From an uncultured delta proteobacterium (GTDB lineage Bacteria; Desulfobacterota; BSN033; UBA1163), in assembly GCA_963827685.1 (NCBI GenBank), contig CAWHBU010000007.1, forward strand, positions 32,001 to 96,000: a stretch of 64,000 bases of DNA, read 5' to 3'. Below are positions 1-10,363 of the stretch, piece by piece. The first letter of the stretch is position 1. Each line of letters begins with the position of its first letter. The translations under genes were made by a program, and so were the position numbers. The notes beneath the pieces were generated by a model. It saw only the letters and a list, made by a program, of their open reading frames with translations, ran no database searches and was not told the DNA's origin.

Positions 1-1
1 C

Positions 2-778
2 ACAGGTGGAAAAACGGTCCAAAAAGGACTGAAGATCCTTGACGATACCTTTGAATTCTTGGAAAAGGGCATCCCGCTTCTTCGTCCTCTCAGCGACGAC
101 TTTGTTGACTACTTCGCTCCTTGATGCCGGTTCATTTTCTGAAAAAGAAAGCACGCCCTTTTCTTCGATCTCCTTTTCCAATTTGTCCCCGACTTCAATG
201 CCGATCTCCTGATCTGCCTTATAGCCAAACAGTCTAAGAATAATATCCGCTTGAGGAACAGGGTATTCACACATCTGACAAGCTGTCCTGAAGGCATACC
301 CAGAGGGTGGAGAAATCTCACCCTTCTCCATACCTTTGAGCAACGCTTTCGTCAGTGACTCCCCCCCTTTTCCCTCCTGCGCCATTTTTGCATAATCGGG
401 CACTTCAAAGGTTCCAGGACAATCGATGCCAATGAGGTACAGGTGATCCGGCTTGACCTGGAGAAATTTTGCCAATTCAACAGCAGCCCGTACCTCACAT
501 GCTTTTAATACGGCAGCAACTTTCTTCTCCAGATTTTTAACGGTGAGGTTGGAGATCACCCTCGCGGATTGGACTGGCATGGTGGGTGAAAGGACACATA
601 CTTCATTCAACTTTTCTGGATTTCGGATGAGCGTTTGCACGAATCCATCCTTCGAAGGGAGTGCCTTGGGAATCATGATTGCCTCCACGATTCCCTTTTC
701 TAAAAGAGATTTCAGAAAGCCAACGATCGCTTCCTCTGTTTTTCCCTCTATCACTTTAACCGCTGCCTTCTTCGACAT
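2..778 (-). CDS. FrhB/FdhB-family 4Fe-4S protein (formate dehydrogenase beta-like), 3' end runs off the window
   Basis: Not in the ORF track because there is no stop. Manual translation from ATG 778: MSKKAAVKVIEGK...LSPTMPVQSARV...VAAVLKACEVRAAVELAKFLQV...LIGIDCPGTF...RTACQMCEYP...FSTC, which are FrhB/FdhB-type motifs. AAGGAG SD upstream; directly downstream of mvhD. Confidence 0.75.
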   Translation of the reverse strand, partial: MSKKAAVKVIEGKTEEAIVGFLKSLLEKGIVEAIMIPKALPSKDGFVQTLIRNPEKLNEVCVLSPTMPVQSARVISNLTVKNLEKKVAAVLKACEVRAAVELAKFLQVKPDHLYLIGIDCPGTFEVPDYAKMAQEGKGGESLTKALLKGMEKGEISPPSGYAFRTACQMCEYPVPQADIILRLFGYKADQEIGIEVGDKLEKEIEEKGVLSFSENEPASRSEVVNKVVAERTKKRDALFQEFKGIVKDLQSFLDRFSTC

Positions 779-804
779 GTCTGGTAATTCTCCTTTCCTT
801 ATGA

Positions 805-882
805 CGTGATTGGTGATTCGGGATTGGTGAATCGCAATTTAGAAAAACTCATTATGTTTTGCCCAACGAGTCACGATTCACG
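805..882. repeat. Heptamer-unit hairpin (CGTGATT-type units / inverted CACGATT-type units)
   Basis: cgtgatt ggtgatt cgggatt ggtgaat cgcaatt, AT-rich loop, aacgagt cacgatt cacg. Confidence 0.75.
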
Positions 883-887
883 GTCTA

Positions 888-1310
888 TTACGCATTCCAA
901 AGTTGTTTCATCGGATTTGGACCCATCTTCTTTAAGTCCTCTACCATTTTCGTCACGGTGTCTGCGAAGAGTTTCCCTTCACTGGCACTGATCCATTTGA
1001 GCCAGATGCGATCCTCTGTATAACCCATTTGTTGAAGGATGCCTTTTAGAATGGCTACCCTTCTTCGAGCCTTATAATTCCCTGTCTGATAATGACAGTC
1101 TCCGGGATGGCAACCTCCGATCAACACGCCATCCGCCCCATCAATCAGGGCTTTCAGCACATAAATCGAGTCTACCGCCCCCGAGCACATCAAATGGATA
1201 ACGCGGATATTGGGAGGATATTGCTGCCGAGTGGTACCGGCAAGATCTGCTCCAGTATAGGTGCACCAGTGGCATAAAAAAGCTACAATCCTCGGTTCAA
1301 AATCAGCCAT
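888..1310 (-). CDS. mvhD: MvhD/FlxD 2Fe-2S subunit (methyl-viologen-reducing hydrogenase delta)
   Basis: FLCHWCTYTGADLAG, MCSGAVD, GADGVLIGGCHPGDCHY, WISASEG; follows hdrA. Confidence 0.95.
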   Translation of the reverse strand: MADFEPRIVAFLCHWCTYTGADLAGTTRQQYPPNIRVIHLMCSGAVDSIYVLKALIDGADGVLIGGCHPGDCHYQTGNYKARRRVAILKGILQQMGYTEDRIWLKWISASEGKLFADTVTKMVEDLKKMGPNPMKQLWNA

Positions 1311-1332
1311 ATCTTCCTCCTATTTCAAATGA

Positions 1333-1437
1333 TCGCATGGAGCAGAGAGCATAGCGCATAGAGTATAAGAACTTATTTTTGAAAATTGTCTTATTATTTA
1401 GGGTTACGCTATGCCCCATGCGCTCTGCCCTATGCGA
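1333..1437. repeat. Heptamer-unit hairpin (GCATAG-type units)
   Basis: cgcatgg agcagag agcatag cgcatag agtataa, loop, cgctatg ccccatg cgctctg ccctatg cg. Confidence 0.8.
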
Positions 1438-1441
1438 GTCT

Positions 1442-4400
1442 CTAATCGATGACCGCATCCAGGGCGGCCAGATTCAAATCCTTTTCAAAGTTCCGCTGCT
1501 GGGAGGCTGCATTCCGACAAGCGATGACGCAGGAACCACACCCCTGGCAGAGCGACCCGATTACTTCAGCCTTACCTTCCTCTTCATTCAGGACCCTTGC
1601 CCCATAAGGACATACTGTGACACAGAGGCCGCATCCACAACAAAGCCTTTTGATCACATAGGCCTGATAGGGCTTTTCCTCCACCGCTTCTTTGGATAAA
1701 AGGGCACCCGCCCTGGCAGCCGCCGCATTCCCCTGGGAGATCGCGTCTTCGATAAAATTGGGTGAATGGCAGAGCCCGCAAAAGAATTTTCCACGGTCCA
1801 CGGAATCAAGGGGAGCAGACTTGGGATTGGCCTCCATGAAAAAACCATCTGGATTGAGGTCTACATCGAAGATCCTCGCCAATTCCCGATGCTCGTTCGG
1901 TTCAATTCCGGTGCTGAGAATAATACGATCTGCTGAAAGGGTAATGGGCCCATTCATTGCAGGATCGAGCAGCGAGACTTGAAGATTTTTACCCTGAAGC
2001 GTGACTTTCGGCTTATTCTCCAAGTCATACCGCACGAAGATCACGCCTTTCGCTCTCGCTTCGTGATAATATGTCTCATAGAATCCATAGGTCCTCACGT
2101 CACGGTACAGCACATAGATATTCATGTCTGGGTTGTTTTCTTTTAACCTCAAAGCATTCTTCACCGCATGGCCGCAGCAAACACGGCTGCAATAGGGATG
2201 TTCCTCATCCCTGGAGCCAACGCACTGAATCATCACCACTGAATGAATATCTTTCAATCCTTGATCGTTCGAATGGATCATCCTCTCCAGTTGTCTCTGC
2301 GTCAGCACCCTCGAATCTTCTCCGTAGAGGTATTCCTTGGGAGTGACCTCTTTTCCTCCGGTGGCAAGGATCAATGCCCCGTGGTCAAAGATCTTCTCTT
2401 CATTCTGATGACGAATCTTTGTTCGATAATGCCCGTTCTTCTTTTCAAATCCCAGGACTTCTGCCTCGGAATAGAGATGGATGGACTCATTGGTCTCAAC
2501 CTGTTTCATGAGTTTATTTAAGAGATCTTGTGGATTCGATCCCTTTAATGTATAGAAGGACTTTCTTAGGTTCCCTCCCAGCTCTTTTTCTTTCTCGATC
2601 AAATAAATTTCGTATCCCTGTTGGGCCAGCTGAAGAGATGCCGTCATGCCGGCGAGACCTCCCCCTACGACCAGCCCCTTTTTATCAATTTTCTGTTTCC
2701 CTCTTCGAATGGGTTGAGAACGCCTCGCCCTCTCGACCCCCGTCCTGATCAGAGCCATCGCCTTTTCTGTCGCCAATTTTGGATAGTCTTCGTGAACGAA
2801 GGCGCACTGCTCCCGGATGTTGGCATATTCGATGAGATAGGGATTAAAACCCATCCCTTTCGCCATCTCTTCCATGGCTCCCCGAATCTCCCGATGGGAG
2901 CAACCCGCGATGACGATTCGGTTAAGACCCTGCTCCCCGATTCTCTTTTTGATGAGATCTAAATCCTCCGGAAGGCAAGCCAAACCCACCTCTTCCACAT
3001 GGACCACCTCTCTCAACTGCCTTGTCCCGTTGATGAGGTCTGAAATAGAGAGACTCTTTTTCAGCTCTTCTCCGCAATGGCAGAGGAAGACCCCTATTTT
3101 TGGAATCTCATCTCCCAACGCCCCTTCCGCGGGATACTCTTTGGGAAGTTGAGGAAGACGATTGGGGGCGAGAAAAGAGGCGGCGGATGCCGCAGCGCTC
3201 GAGCCCTCTACAACGGTCTCCGGAATGTCCCTGGGACCCCGAAATGCCCCTGCGACGAAAACTCCCTTTACTGAAGTTTGTGCTGGACTGAATTCGTCTG
3301 TCTGGCAGAACCCCTGCTGATTCAGTTGAAGACCCATTCTTCCCGCCAGATCCTTTATGGCCTGCGGGGGAGTGAAGCCCACAGAGAGGACGACCGCATC
3401 AAATTCCCTCTCTTCAAAAGTACCGTCCTCTTTCACATAAGTAATGAGAAGGTTTTTCGTCTGCTGGACTTCTTTAATCGAAGAAATCGCACTCCGGATA
3501 TATTCAATCCCATAATCGGTCTTTGCCCTCTCATAATATCGCTCGTAATCCTTCCCCATGGGTCGAATGTCCATGTAGAAGAAGGTCACTCCAAGACCGG
3601 GGGCTCTATCTTTCGCAATCATGGCCTGCTTGGTGGCATACATGCAGCAAATGGTGGAACAGTGATTCTGACCACAGGAAGGATCCCTTGATCCAACGCA
3701 CTGGATAAAGGCGACCTTCTCCATCTTTTTCCCATCGGAGACCCGGGTGGGCAATCCCTGCGTTGGACTCGATGTGGAGAGCAATCTCTCGAACTGAATG
3801 CTTGTCAGCACGTTCTCATATCGGCCAAAACCATATTCCCCTTTTCTCTGAGCGATGAAGGGTTCAAACCCAAATCCCAGGACAATGGCTCCGACCTCAA
3901 TTTTTTCTTGTTCTTCTTTCATGTCGAGATCGATGGCCCCTGGGCTGCAGACCTTCACACACTCTCCACATCGGGTACAGGTTTTTGGATCGATCACGAA
4001 GCTGTGAGGGATCGCTTGAGGATAGGGAAGATAGATCGCCTTTCGTTTCTCCAGGCCTCCACCGAATTCTCTCTCGACCTCCACCGGGCAAACCTTTATA
4101 CAGGCCTCACATAGGGTGCAACGTTTGGGATCGACAAATCGAGGTTTTCGAACGACAGAGACATTAAAATCTCCCTCTTTTCCTTCAACCTTCACCACTT
4201 CCGAATAGGGCAACAATTCAATATTGTCATGAAGATGACATTCATAAATCGGGCAGAAGGCAGGAGGAGTGGGACTCATGAAGCAGACGCCACACGAGTT
4301 GGTCGGAAAGGTTTTATCCAATAGCGGGAAATAACCCCCGATCGCTGGTCCCTGCTCCAAGAGGAAAACCTTTGTCCCCATCTCTGCTAACAGAAGCGCA

Positions 4401-4474
4401 GATTGCATTCCGGCAATGCCCGCTCCCACTACCAACGCTGAACCTTTATTCCCTCTGATCTTTTCCTGTGCCAT
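1442..4474 (-). CDS. hdrA: Large heterodisulfide reductase subunit A with two FAD modules (fused HdrA)
   Basis: Two GxGxxG motifs (VGAGIAG, VGGGLAG), TFPTNSCGVC, inserted ferredoxin, two QCVGSRD...CSxxCC motifs, internal FLCHCG...IREQCAFVH domain, C-terminal 2x[4Fe-4S]. Confidence 0.93.
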   Translation of the reverse strand: MAQEKIRGNKGSALVVGAGIAGMQSALLLAEMGTKVFLLEQGPAIGGYFPLLDKTFPTNSCGVCFMSPTPPAFCPIYECHLHDNIELLPYSEVVKVEGKEGDFNVSVVRKPRFVDPKRCTLCEACIKVCPVEVEREFGGGLEKRKAIYLPYPQAIPHSFVIDPKTCTRCGECVKVCSPGAIDLDMKEEQEKIEVGAIVLGFGFEPFIAQRKGEYGFGRYENVLTSIQFERLLSTSSPTQGLPTRVSDGKKMEKVAFIQCVGSRDPSCGQNHCSTICCMYATKQAMIAKDRAPGLGVTFFYMDIRPMGKDYERYYERAKTDYGIEYIRSAISSIKEVQQTKNLLITYVKEDGTFEEREFDAVVLSVGFTPPQAIKDLAGRMGLQLNQQGFCQTDEFSPAQTSVKGVFVAGAFRGPRDIPETVVEGSSAAASAASFLAPNRLPQLPKEYPAEGALGDEIPKIGVFLCHCGEELKKSLSISDLINGTRQLREVVHVEEVGLACLPEDLDLIKKRIGEQGLNRIVIAGCSHREIRGAMEEMAKGMGFNPYLIEYANIREQCAFVHEDYPKLATEKAMALIRTGVERARRSQPIRRGKQKIDKKGLVVGGGLAGMTASLQLAQQGYEIYLIEKEKELGGNLRKSFYTLKGSNPQDLLNKLMKQVETNESIHLYSEAEVLGFEKKNGHYRTKIRHQNEEKIFDHGALILATGGKEVTPKEYLYGEDSRVLTQRQLERMIHSNDQGLKDIHSVVMIQCVGSRDEEHPYCSRVCCGHAVKNALRLKENNPDMNIYVLYRDVRTYGFYETYYHEARAKGVIFVRYDLENKPKVTLQGKNLQVSLLDPAMNGPITLSADRIILSTGIEPNEHRELARIFDVDLNPDGFFMEANPKSAPLDSVDRGKFFCGLCHSPNFIEDAISQGNAAAARAGALLSKEAVEEKPYQAYVIKRLCCGCGLCVTVCPYGARVLNEEEGKAEVIGSLCQGCGSCVIACRNAASQQRNFEKDLNLAALDAVID

Positions 4475-4487
4475 TGTTATCCTTTCA

Positions 4488-4552
4488 AATCCCCCCCTGC
4501 CTACCGGCAGGCAGGTAACCCCCCTTTTCTAAAGGGGGAGCGAAGGGGGATT
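4488..4552. repeat. C/G-run REP-like palindrome with inserted CCTGCCTACCGGCAGGCAGG (4496-4515)
   Basis: aatccccc[cctgcctaccggcaggcagg]taaccccccttttctaaagggggagcgaagggggatt; the insert is the exact reverse complement of 44478-44497. Confidence 0.75.
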
Positions 4553-4555
4553 ATT

Positions 4556-5401
4556 TTAAGCCAGTCCCGATGACTTCAGCAATCCCTTCGGGGAGACCAA
4601 ATGTCTCTTCCACCAGTTCTCTCTCCTTTCAACATCAAAGGCAACTCCCATCAATTCCGTGAAGTAAAAAATGGGAAGACCAATGTCCTGCCTCATCTCC
4701 AGGTTCATCTGGCAAAGGCCGCAAGAGGTGGTGATGCATTGAGCCCCCGCTTCCTTCGCCATCGAGACAATCTTCCCCACCATCTTTTTGACCACCTTGC
4801 CATAAGTCATCGCCAAGTCTGCACCGCAACAATCAACTTTATAAGACCATTCAACCGGCTCCGCACCCAGGGCCTTTATCAACCGATCCAAATATTGAGG
4901 ATTCTCCGGATCATCCAATTGAGTAATTTTGGGATGCCGAACCAGAGCGCATCCATAATAACAGGCAACCTTCAACCCCTTTAAAGGCTTCTTCACCTTT
5001 TCCTGGACTTTTTCCAAGCCAATTCGATTCAGGATGACATCCATGAGAGCTAAAATCTCAAGAGAAGGCTGGTAGGTAAATCCAACGATCTCTTCAATCT
5101 CCTTTCGCTCCGCCTCGTCATTCTTAAGGACATGCTCAGTCCTTTTCAGATAGCTGAAACACCCGGCACAGGGGACGACCAGAGGCCCTGCCTGCGCAGA
5201 CTGCGCTTTGGAGATATTCCTGGCCGGAAGACAGAGAGAAAGGAGACGATTGAGACTATGAGTCGCTGCAGCTCCGCAACAGTTCCAGTCCTCGATCTCT
5301 ACCAACTCCACCCCCAGGGTCTTAAAGACCTCGTGGGTCGATAACCCATATTCTAAAGATGAAGAGTGATCCGTACAACCTGGAAAATAAGAGAATTTCA
5401 T
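4556..5401 (-). CDS. hdrB: Heterodisulfide reductase subunit B
   Basis: Two CCG domains: YFPGC, WNCCGA, PCAGC, YYGC, DCCGAD, SCGLCQMNL. Confidence 0.93.
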   Translation of the reverse strand: MKFSYFPGCTDHSSSLEYGLSTHEVFKTLGVELVEIEDWNCCGAAATHSLNRLLSLCLPARNISKAQSAQAGPLVVPCAGCFSYLKRTEHVLKNDEAERKEIEEIVGFTYQPSLEILALMDVILNRIGLEKVQEKVKKPLKGLKVACYYGCALVRHPKITQLDDPENPQYLDRLIKALGAEPVEWSYKVDCCGADLAMTYGKVVKKMVGKIVSMAKEAGAQCITTSCGLCQMNLEMRQDIGLPIFYFTELMGVAFDVERRENWWKRHLVSPKGLLKSSGLA

Positions 5402-5417
5402 TCTAAGCCTCCGACAT

Positions 5418-5484
5418 GCCGAATAAAGCGAATGGCAACGAATGGGGCGAATAAATCGAATTCGGTAGATTCGCTATCATTCGA
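5418..5484. repeat. About 9-mer unit hairpin (CGAAT / ATTCG cores)
   Basis: gccgaat aaagcgaat ggcaacgaat ggggcgaat aaatcgaat tcggtag attcgct atcattcg. Confidence 0.6.
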
Positions 5485-5492
5485 GTAATTTG

Positions 5493-6053
5493 TTATTTTT
5501 CTTTTGTGCATTTCTCGAAAATCTTTTTGATCTCTTCCTTCCCCTTGATGAAACTGGGAAGCAAAGGAAATTTACCCTTTAAAAAGAGGATCATGCCAGG
5601 AAAAAGAGAATCTGCCATTAAGTCTCTGCTCCTGAGCATGTACTCCATCAACATGGTCACCTCATGAGCTCTTCCCCCTCTTCGGACGCTCTGGATAAAA
5701 GCCTCATGGAAAAGATGAATATTCTTCTCTTTTGCCGGAACCCCCTCTTCAACGGCCATCTCTCTCAAGGCATCCATGAGGATCCCGATGTGGATCTCAT
5801 TCGGACAACGGGTTCCACAAGTCTGACAGTAGACGCAAAGCCAGATAGCGCTGCTTCCCAGAACCTCTTTTTTCATCCCCATCTGGATCATCCGAATGAT
5901 ATTGTTGGGTCGAATATCCATATAGGGTGCAGTGGGGCAACCTGCCGTACATTTAAGGCATTGGTAACAGAGACTGAGGTTCTCCCCGCTCTTCTTCTCG
6001 ACTTCCTTCAAAAAAGAGGAATCAACTTTCCCTGCACTGGTTATGGTCTCCAA
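5493..6053 (-). CDS. hdrC: Heterodisulfide reductase subunit C
   Basis: CYQCLKCTAGCP and WLCVYCQTCGTRCP ferredoxin motifs; upstream of hdrB. Confidence 0.92.
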   Translation of the reverse strand: METITSAGKVDSSFLKEVEKKSGENLSLCYQCLKCTAGCPTAPYMDIRPNNIIRMIQMGMKKEVLGSSAIWLCVYCQTCGTRCPNEIHIGILMDALREMAVEEGVPAKEKNIHLFHEAFIQSVRRGGRAHEVTMLMEYMLRSRDLMADSLFPGMILFLKGKFPLLPSFIKGKEEIKKIFEKCTKEK

Positions 6054-6122
6054 TTTCTTCTCCTCTCTAATTATAAAAGATACTCAGCCTACCCACTACA
6101 GGCCGGGGCTTAAGGTTCCACA

Positions 6123-8075
6123 CTATGTAACAAATGTATCTACCATTTTCAATATCTGGTTAGAAGCGCTATTTCGTAACTCGCACGCAAAGTTGGGACA
6201 AGCAGCAATGCAGGCCCCACATCCCTGACAGAGGGCGCTGTGAACGATTGAAATCCCGCGATGGGGGTCCATCTCCCTTGCTTCATAGGGACAGATTTCT
6301 ACGCAGATCCCACATCCACTGCAAATTCCTTCGTCGACAAAAGCGATGAGGGGGTCCTGAAGAAGTTTGTCTGTGGAAAGCAATGCCTGAATTTTACTGG
6401 CTGTGGCCGAGGCCTGAGAGACCGTGTCTGAAATATCTTTTGGACTCTGGCCGCAACCGGCAAGGTAGATTCCTTTCGTCGAACTCTCCACTGGGTAGAG
6501 TTTGATATGGGCCTCCGTCAAAAAACCATGTCGATCCACGGTGGCCCTCAGTTTAGCTGCCAAATCTTTTACTCCATGGCTCGGGACAATAGCCGTTGCC
6601 AGGACGACCATATCGGCTGCCACTTCAACCATTTTTCCCGTCAACGTATCCACTCCTAACACCCTAACTTTTCCATCGTCCTGAAAAACCCTGGAGACAC
6701 GGCCTCTGAGATAGAGAAGCCCCTTCTCCTCAATAGTCTTTTGAAGGAACTCCTCATATCCTTTGCAGTCTGAGCGGATATCCATATAAAAGACGTACGG
6801 CTGCCCGTCCGGAACCTGTTCCTTATAAATTTTTGCATGCTTGGCCGTATACATGCAGCAGATTCGAGAGCAGTAGGGCATGTATCGGTCTGGATCCCTT
6901 GAAGCCACACACTGGATAAAGACCATCTCCTTCGGTACTTTCCCATCGGAGGGTCGAATGATTTTCCCTTTTGTCGGACCATTGGGTGAAAGCATCCGTT
7001 CAAAAGCAAGTCCATCAATCACATCAGGGATTTCGCCGTATCCATACTCCCCTAATTGTTCCTTGGGATAGAGTTCGTATCCTGTAGCGACCACAACGGC
7101 TCCTACCTTTTCTGAAACCCTTAGGTCTTCCTGTTTATAATCGATGGCCCTTTCAGGACAGACTTCTTGGCACCGATGACAACTTCCATCCAAGAAATAT
7201 CGGCAATGTTGACGGTTGATCAGCGTCTTGTTTGGAACACTCCCGGGATAGAGCGTATCGATCGCTTTTCGTATCCCCATCCCTCTCTCAAATTCTGAAA
7301 TATATTCCACGGGGCAGTTTTCTATACAAAGGCCGCATCCGTTGCACCTTTCTCCATCCACCGAAGTTGCCTTTTGCCGAATGATGAGATCGAAATTCCC
7401 CAGATAGCCTTTCACATCTTCCAGTTCGGAATAACAGTGGAGTTGGATCTTCGGATGTCTTTCCACCTCCGATGCCTTTGAGAGGAGACCGCTGGAAGCA
7501 GGATCGAGATCTGGGAAAGTCCTTGATAATTGCGCCATGTGGCCTCCCAGGGCAGGCTCTCTTTCCAGAAGAATGACTTCATACCCTCCTTCGGCCAGAT
7601 CAAGAGAGGCGGTGATTCCAGCGATCCCGCCGCCGACCACCAATACCCTTCTGTTAATTGCCACGGCAATGGCCTCCAGCGATTCATTCCTTCTCACCTT
7701 TTCGAGGGTGCCCTGGATGATCTCTTCTGCCTTTCGAGTTGCCTCTTCTTTTTCTTTCTGATGCACCCAACTGCACTGCTCCCGAATATTGGCAATCTCG
7801 CAGAGATAAGGATTCATCCCTTGGGACTTGACCGCCTTTCGAAATGTATTCTCATGCATGTTGGGTGAACAACAGGCCACGACCACTCCATCCAAACCTT
7901 TTTCGCGAACCGCCTCCCGGATGATCTGCTGCCCCGGTTCGGAGCACATATAGATGTAATCGGTGCTGTGGGCGACGTCTTCCATCTTGCCTATTTTTTC
8001 AGCAACCGACTTCACGTCCACAGTCCCGGCAATATTAACTCCACAATGACAGATAAAAACACCCAGCTTTTTCAT
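6123..8075 (-). CDS. hdrA: Heterodisulfide reductase subunit A, full length
   Basis: GVFICHCGVNIAG, YMCS, ACCSP, IREQCSWVH, VGGGIAG, inserted ferredoxin, QCVASRD...CSRICCMYTAK, C-terminal ferredoxin. Confidence 0.95.
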   Translation of the reverse strand: MKKLGVFICHCGVNIAGTVDVKSVAEKIGKMEDVAHSTDYIYMCSEPGQQIIREAVREKGLDGVVVACCSPNMHENTFRKAVKSQGMNPYLCEIANIREQCSWVHQKEKEEATRKAEEIIQGTLEKVRRNESLEAIAVAINRRVLVVGGGIAGITASLDLAEGGYEVILLEREPALGGHMAQLSRTFPDLDPASSGLLSKASEVERHPKIQLHCYSELEDVKGYLGNFDLIIRQKATSVDGERCNGCGLCIENCPVEYISEFERGMGIRKAIDTLYPGSVPNKTLINRQHCRYFLDGSCHRCQEVCPERAIDYKQEDLRVSEKVGAVVVATGYELYPKEQLGEYGYGEIPDVIDGLAFERMLSPNGPTKGKIIRPSDGKVPKEMVFIQCVASRDPDRYMPYCSRICCMYTAKHAKIYKEQVPDGQPYVFYMDIRSDCKGYEEFLQKTIEEKGLLYLRGRVSRVFQDDGKVRVLGVDTLTGKMVEVAADMVVLATAIVPSHGVKDLAAKLRATVDRHGFLTEAHIKLYPVESSTKGIYLAGCGQSPKDISDTVSQASATASKIQALLSTDKLLQDPLIAFVDEGICSGCGICVEICPYEAREMDPHRGISIVHSALCQGCGACIAACPNFACELRNSASNQILKMVDTFVT

Positions 8076-8078
8076 ATC

Positions 8079-8161
8079 CGTGATTCGTGTTGGCGATTGG
8101 TGAATAGTAAGACCCTTTCATTTTCTTCACGAGTCACGATTCACCCGTCACGCGTCACACG
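8079..8161. repeat. Heptamer-unit hairpin, same family as 805-882
   Basis: cgtgattcgtgttggcgattggtgaatagtaag, loop, ttcacgagtcacgattcacccgtcacgcgtcacacg. Confidence 0.75.
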
Positions 8162-8162
8162 T

Positions 8163-9473
8163 TTAATGTCTTGCAAACAATCCCTGGACTTTGCTCGCTG
8201 CTGCATTGGCATGGGCCACTGCATCAGCAATATCTTTCGGCCCCTGCGCACACCCTGCAATATAAATTCCTTCAATATCCGTCTCAACAGGCCTTAATTT
8301 TCTCTGGGCTTCTGTTAAGAATCCATATTCATCTGTCTTGATACCCAGCTTGCCTGCGAGATCCTTTGTATTCTTCTGGGAAACGATCGCTGTTGCCAAG
8401 ACCACCATATCCGCAGCCACCTCCACTTTTTTCCCTATCAAGGTGTCCACCCCCCAGACAATAACCTTTTCTCCATCTCGAAAGATCCGTGAAACCCTTC
8501 CCCTCAAATAGAGGATCCCCTCTTCCTCCATTCCTTGCTGGATGAACTCTTCGTATCCTTTTCCTGTGGAGCGGATATCCATATAGAAAATATAGGCCTG
8601 TCCATCGTGGACCTTATGTTTGTAAAGCCGGGCATGCTTGGCCGTGTACATACAGCAAACCCGTGAGCAGTAAGGCATATAACGTTCAGGATCTCTCGAT
8701 CCCGTGCATTGAATGAAAACAACTTCTTTCGGAATTTTTCCGTCTGAAGGCCTCCGAATCTCACCCGTGGTCGGTCCGGATGCAGAATTGAGCCTTTCAA
8801 AGGCAAGGCCATCGATCACATCCGGGACTTCACCATATCCGTATTCGCCAAAACTCTCCTTAGGGATCAGATCAAATCCCACGGCAGTGATAATCGCTCC
8901 TACGCTTTCTTTGACAAAACGGTCCTGCTGTTCGTAGTCAATCGCTCCAACCGGACAGATTTTCTCACACACCCTACATTTCTTTTCCTTAAAATATCGG
9001 CAGTGAGAAGGGTCGATGACAGGTTTATTGGGAACGGCCTGGGGCGATAGAGTATAGATGGCCTTCTCTAACCCCATGCCCCGATCAAATTCAGATGGAT
9101 TTTTAGAGGGGCATTTCTGCTGGCAGAGGCCGCAGCCCGTGCATTTCTCCCAATCGACATAACCCGCCTTCTTCCGAACCGTCACTACGAAATTTCCAGC
9201 CTTTCCTTCAACCCGCTCCACTTCTGAATAGGTGAGGAGTTTGATACGAGGATGCTGACCTGTCTCCACCGTTTTCGGAGTTAACGTGCACTGTGCACAA
9301 TCGAGCGTGGGAAAGGTTTCAGAAAGCTGAAGCATCCGGCCTCCGATGGAGGGAAGCTTCTCCACCAGGACCACTTCATACCCCCCATTTCCCAGATCAA
9401 TCGATGCAGAAATTCCTGCAATCCCTCCGCCGATCACCATCGCCTTTTTTATGAAGCCTCCGTTATCTCCCAT
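8163..9473 (-). CDS. hdrA: Short HdrA-like subunit (FAD module plus inserted ferredoxin; no N- or C-terminal Fe-S domains)
   Basis: IGGGIAG, TFPTLDCAQCTLTPK, CTGCGLCQQKCP, QCTGSRD...CSRVCCMYTAK; abuts the hdrB stop. Confidence 0.9.
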   Translation of the reverse strand: MGDNGGFIKKAMVIGGGIAGISASIDLGNGGYEVVLVEKLPSIGGRMLQLSETFPTLDCAQCTLTPKTVETGQHPRIKLLTYSEVERVEGKAGNFVVTVRKKAGYVDWEKCTGCGLCQQKCPSKNPSEFDRGMGLEKAIYTLSPQAVPNKPVIDPSHCRYFKEKKCRVCEKICPVGAIDYEQQDRFVKESVGAIITAVGFDLIPKESFGEYGYGEVPDVIDGLAFERLNSASGPTTGEIRRPSDGKIPKEVVFIQCTGSRDPERYMPYCSRVCCMYTAKHARLYKHKVHDGQAYIFYMDIRSTGKGYEEFIQQGMEEEGILYLRGRVSRIFRDGEKVIVWGVDTLIGKKVEVAADMVVLATAIVSQKNTKDLAGKLGIKTDEYGFLTEAQRKLRPVETDIEGIYIAGCAQGPKDIADAVAHANAAASKVQGLFARH

Positions 9474-10343
9474 CTATAGCAGCCCTTTCTCCTTTAAGAG
9501 CGGTAAAGGATCGACGGCATTTTGCTCAAACCCCAGGGTTTGGTAATCGAGTCCCATCGAGATCCCGAGCAATTGGGTAAAATAAAATACCGGGATCGGT
9601 TTGAAATCTAAATACTTCTGTTTGATATCCGACTGCTTGTGATCGATGTTGAAGGTACACATCGGACATGTGGAAACCATCGCCTCAGCCCCGTTCTTGA
9701 TGGCCGAGCCAAGAATTTTATAGGCACATTCTGTGGCTACATCAGGTGAGCCGACCGATTGGAAGGACCCGCAGCACTCGATCTTATAGGGAAACTCAGT
9801 GCTCTGAGCCCCCAGGGCCTCTAAAAATTCCTCAAAAAGAGTGGGCTTCTCCTTATCGTCAAACCCCATCTCTTCAAACGGTCGAAGGAGCATACATCCA
9901 TAATAGGCGGCTGCTTTGAGCCCTGTTAAGGGTTTCTTCACTCTTACTTTGAGTTGAGAAAACCCGATCTCTTGTTTCAGAATCTCCAAGTAGTGGAGGA
10001 TTTTGAGATCTCCCTGATAATTCTTTTCAATAAAATTGTTGATCTTATCCCTCTTCTCCCCATCCTCCTGAATCAACCGGTTCGTCCTTTTGATCACATT
10101 GAAGCAGATGGCGCAGAGGGTGGTCAGGGCGGTCCCTTCCTCTCTCGCTGTCGCCAGAATTCGTGACGGCGGGAGAAGAGCCATGATGTTATCTGTGGCC
10201 AAAGGAAAGGTGGCTCCACAGCAGATCCAATTCTTGAGTTCCCTTAATTCAAATCCAAGAAGAAGGGAACAGTCCCGGGCCGTCTGATCAAAATTCTTCG
10301 CCTTGGTATAAAGGGTACATCCTGGAAAATAAAGATAATCCAT
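9474..10343 (-). CDS. hdrB: Heterodisulfide reductase subunit B
   Basis: MDYLYFPGCT, WICCGA, LCAIC, YYGCML, ECCGS, TCPMC. Start moved to ATG 10343 because the longer ORF start lies inside a REP. Confidence 0.92.
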   Translation of the reverse strand: MDYLYFPGCTLYTKAKNFDQTARDCSLLLGFELRELKNWICCGATFPLATDNIMALLPPSRILATAREEGTALTTLCAICFNVIKRTNRLIQEDGEKRDKINNFIEKNYQGDLKILHYLEILKQEIGFSQLKVRVKKPLTGLKAAAYYGCMLLRPFEEMGFDDKEKPTLFEEFLEALGAQSTEFPYKIECCGSFQSVGSPDVATECAYKILGSAIKNGAEAMVSTCPMCTFNIDHKQSDIKQKYLDFKPIPVFYFTQLLGISMGLDYQTLGFEQNAVDPLPLLKEKGLL

Positions 10344-10363
10344 TTTAATCTCCGCAATAATTT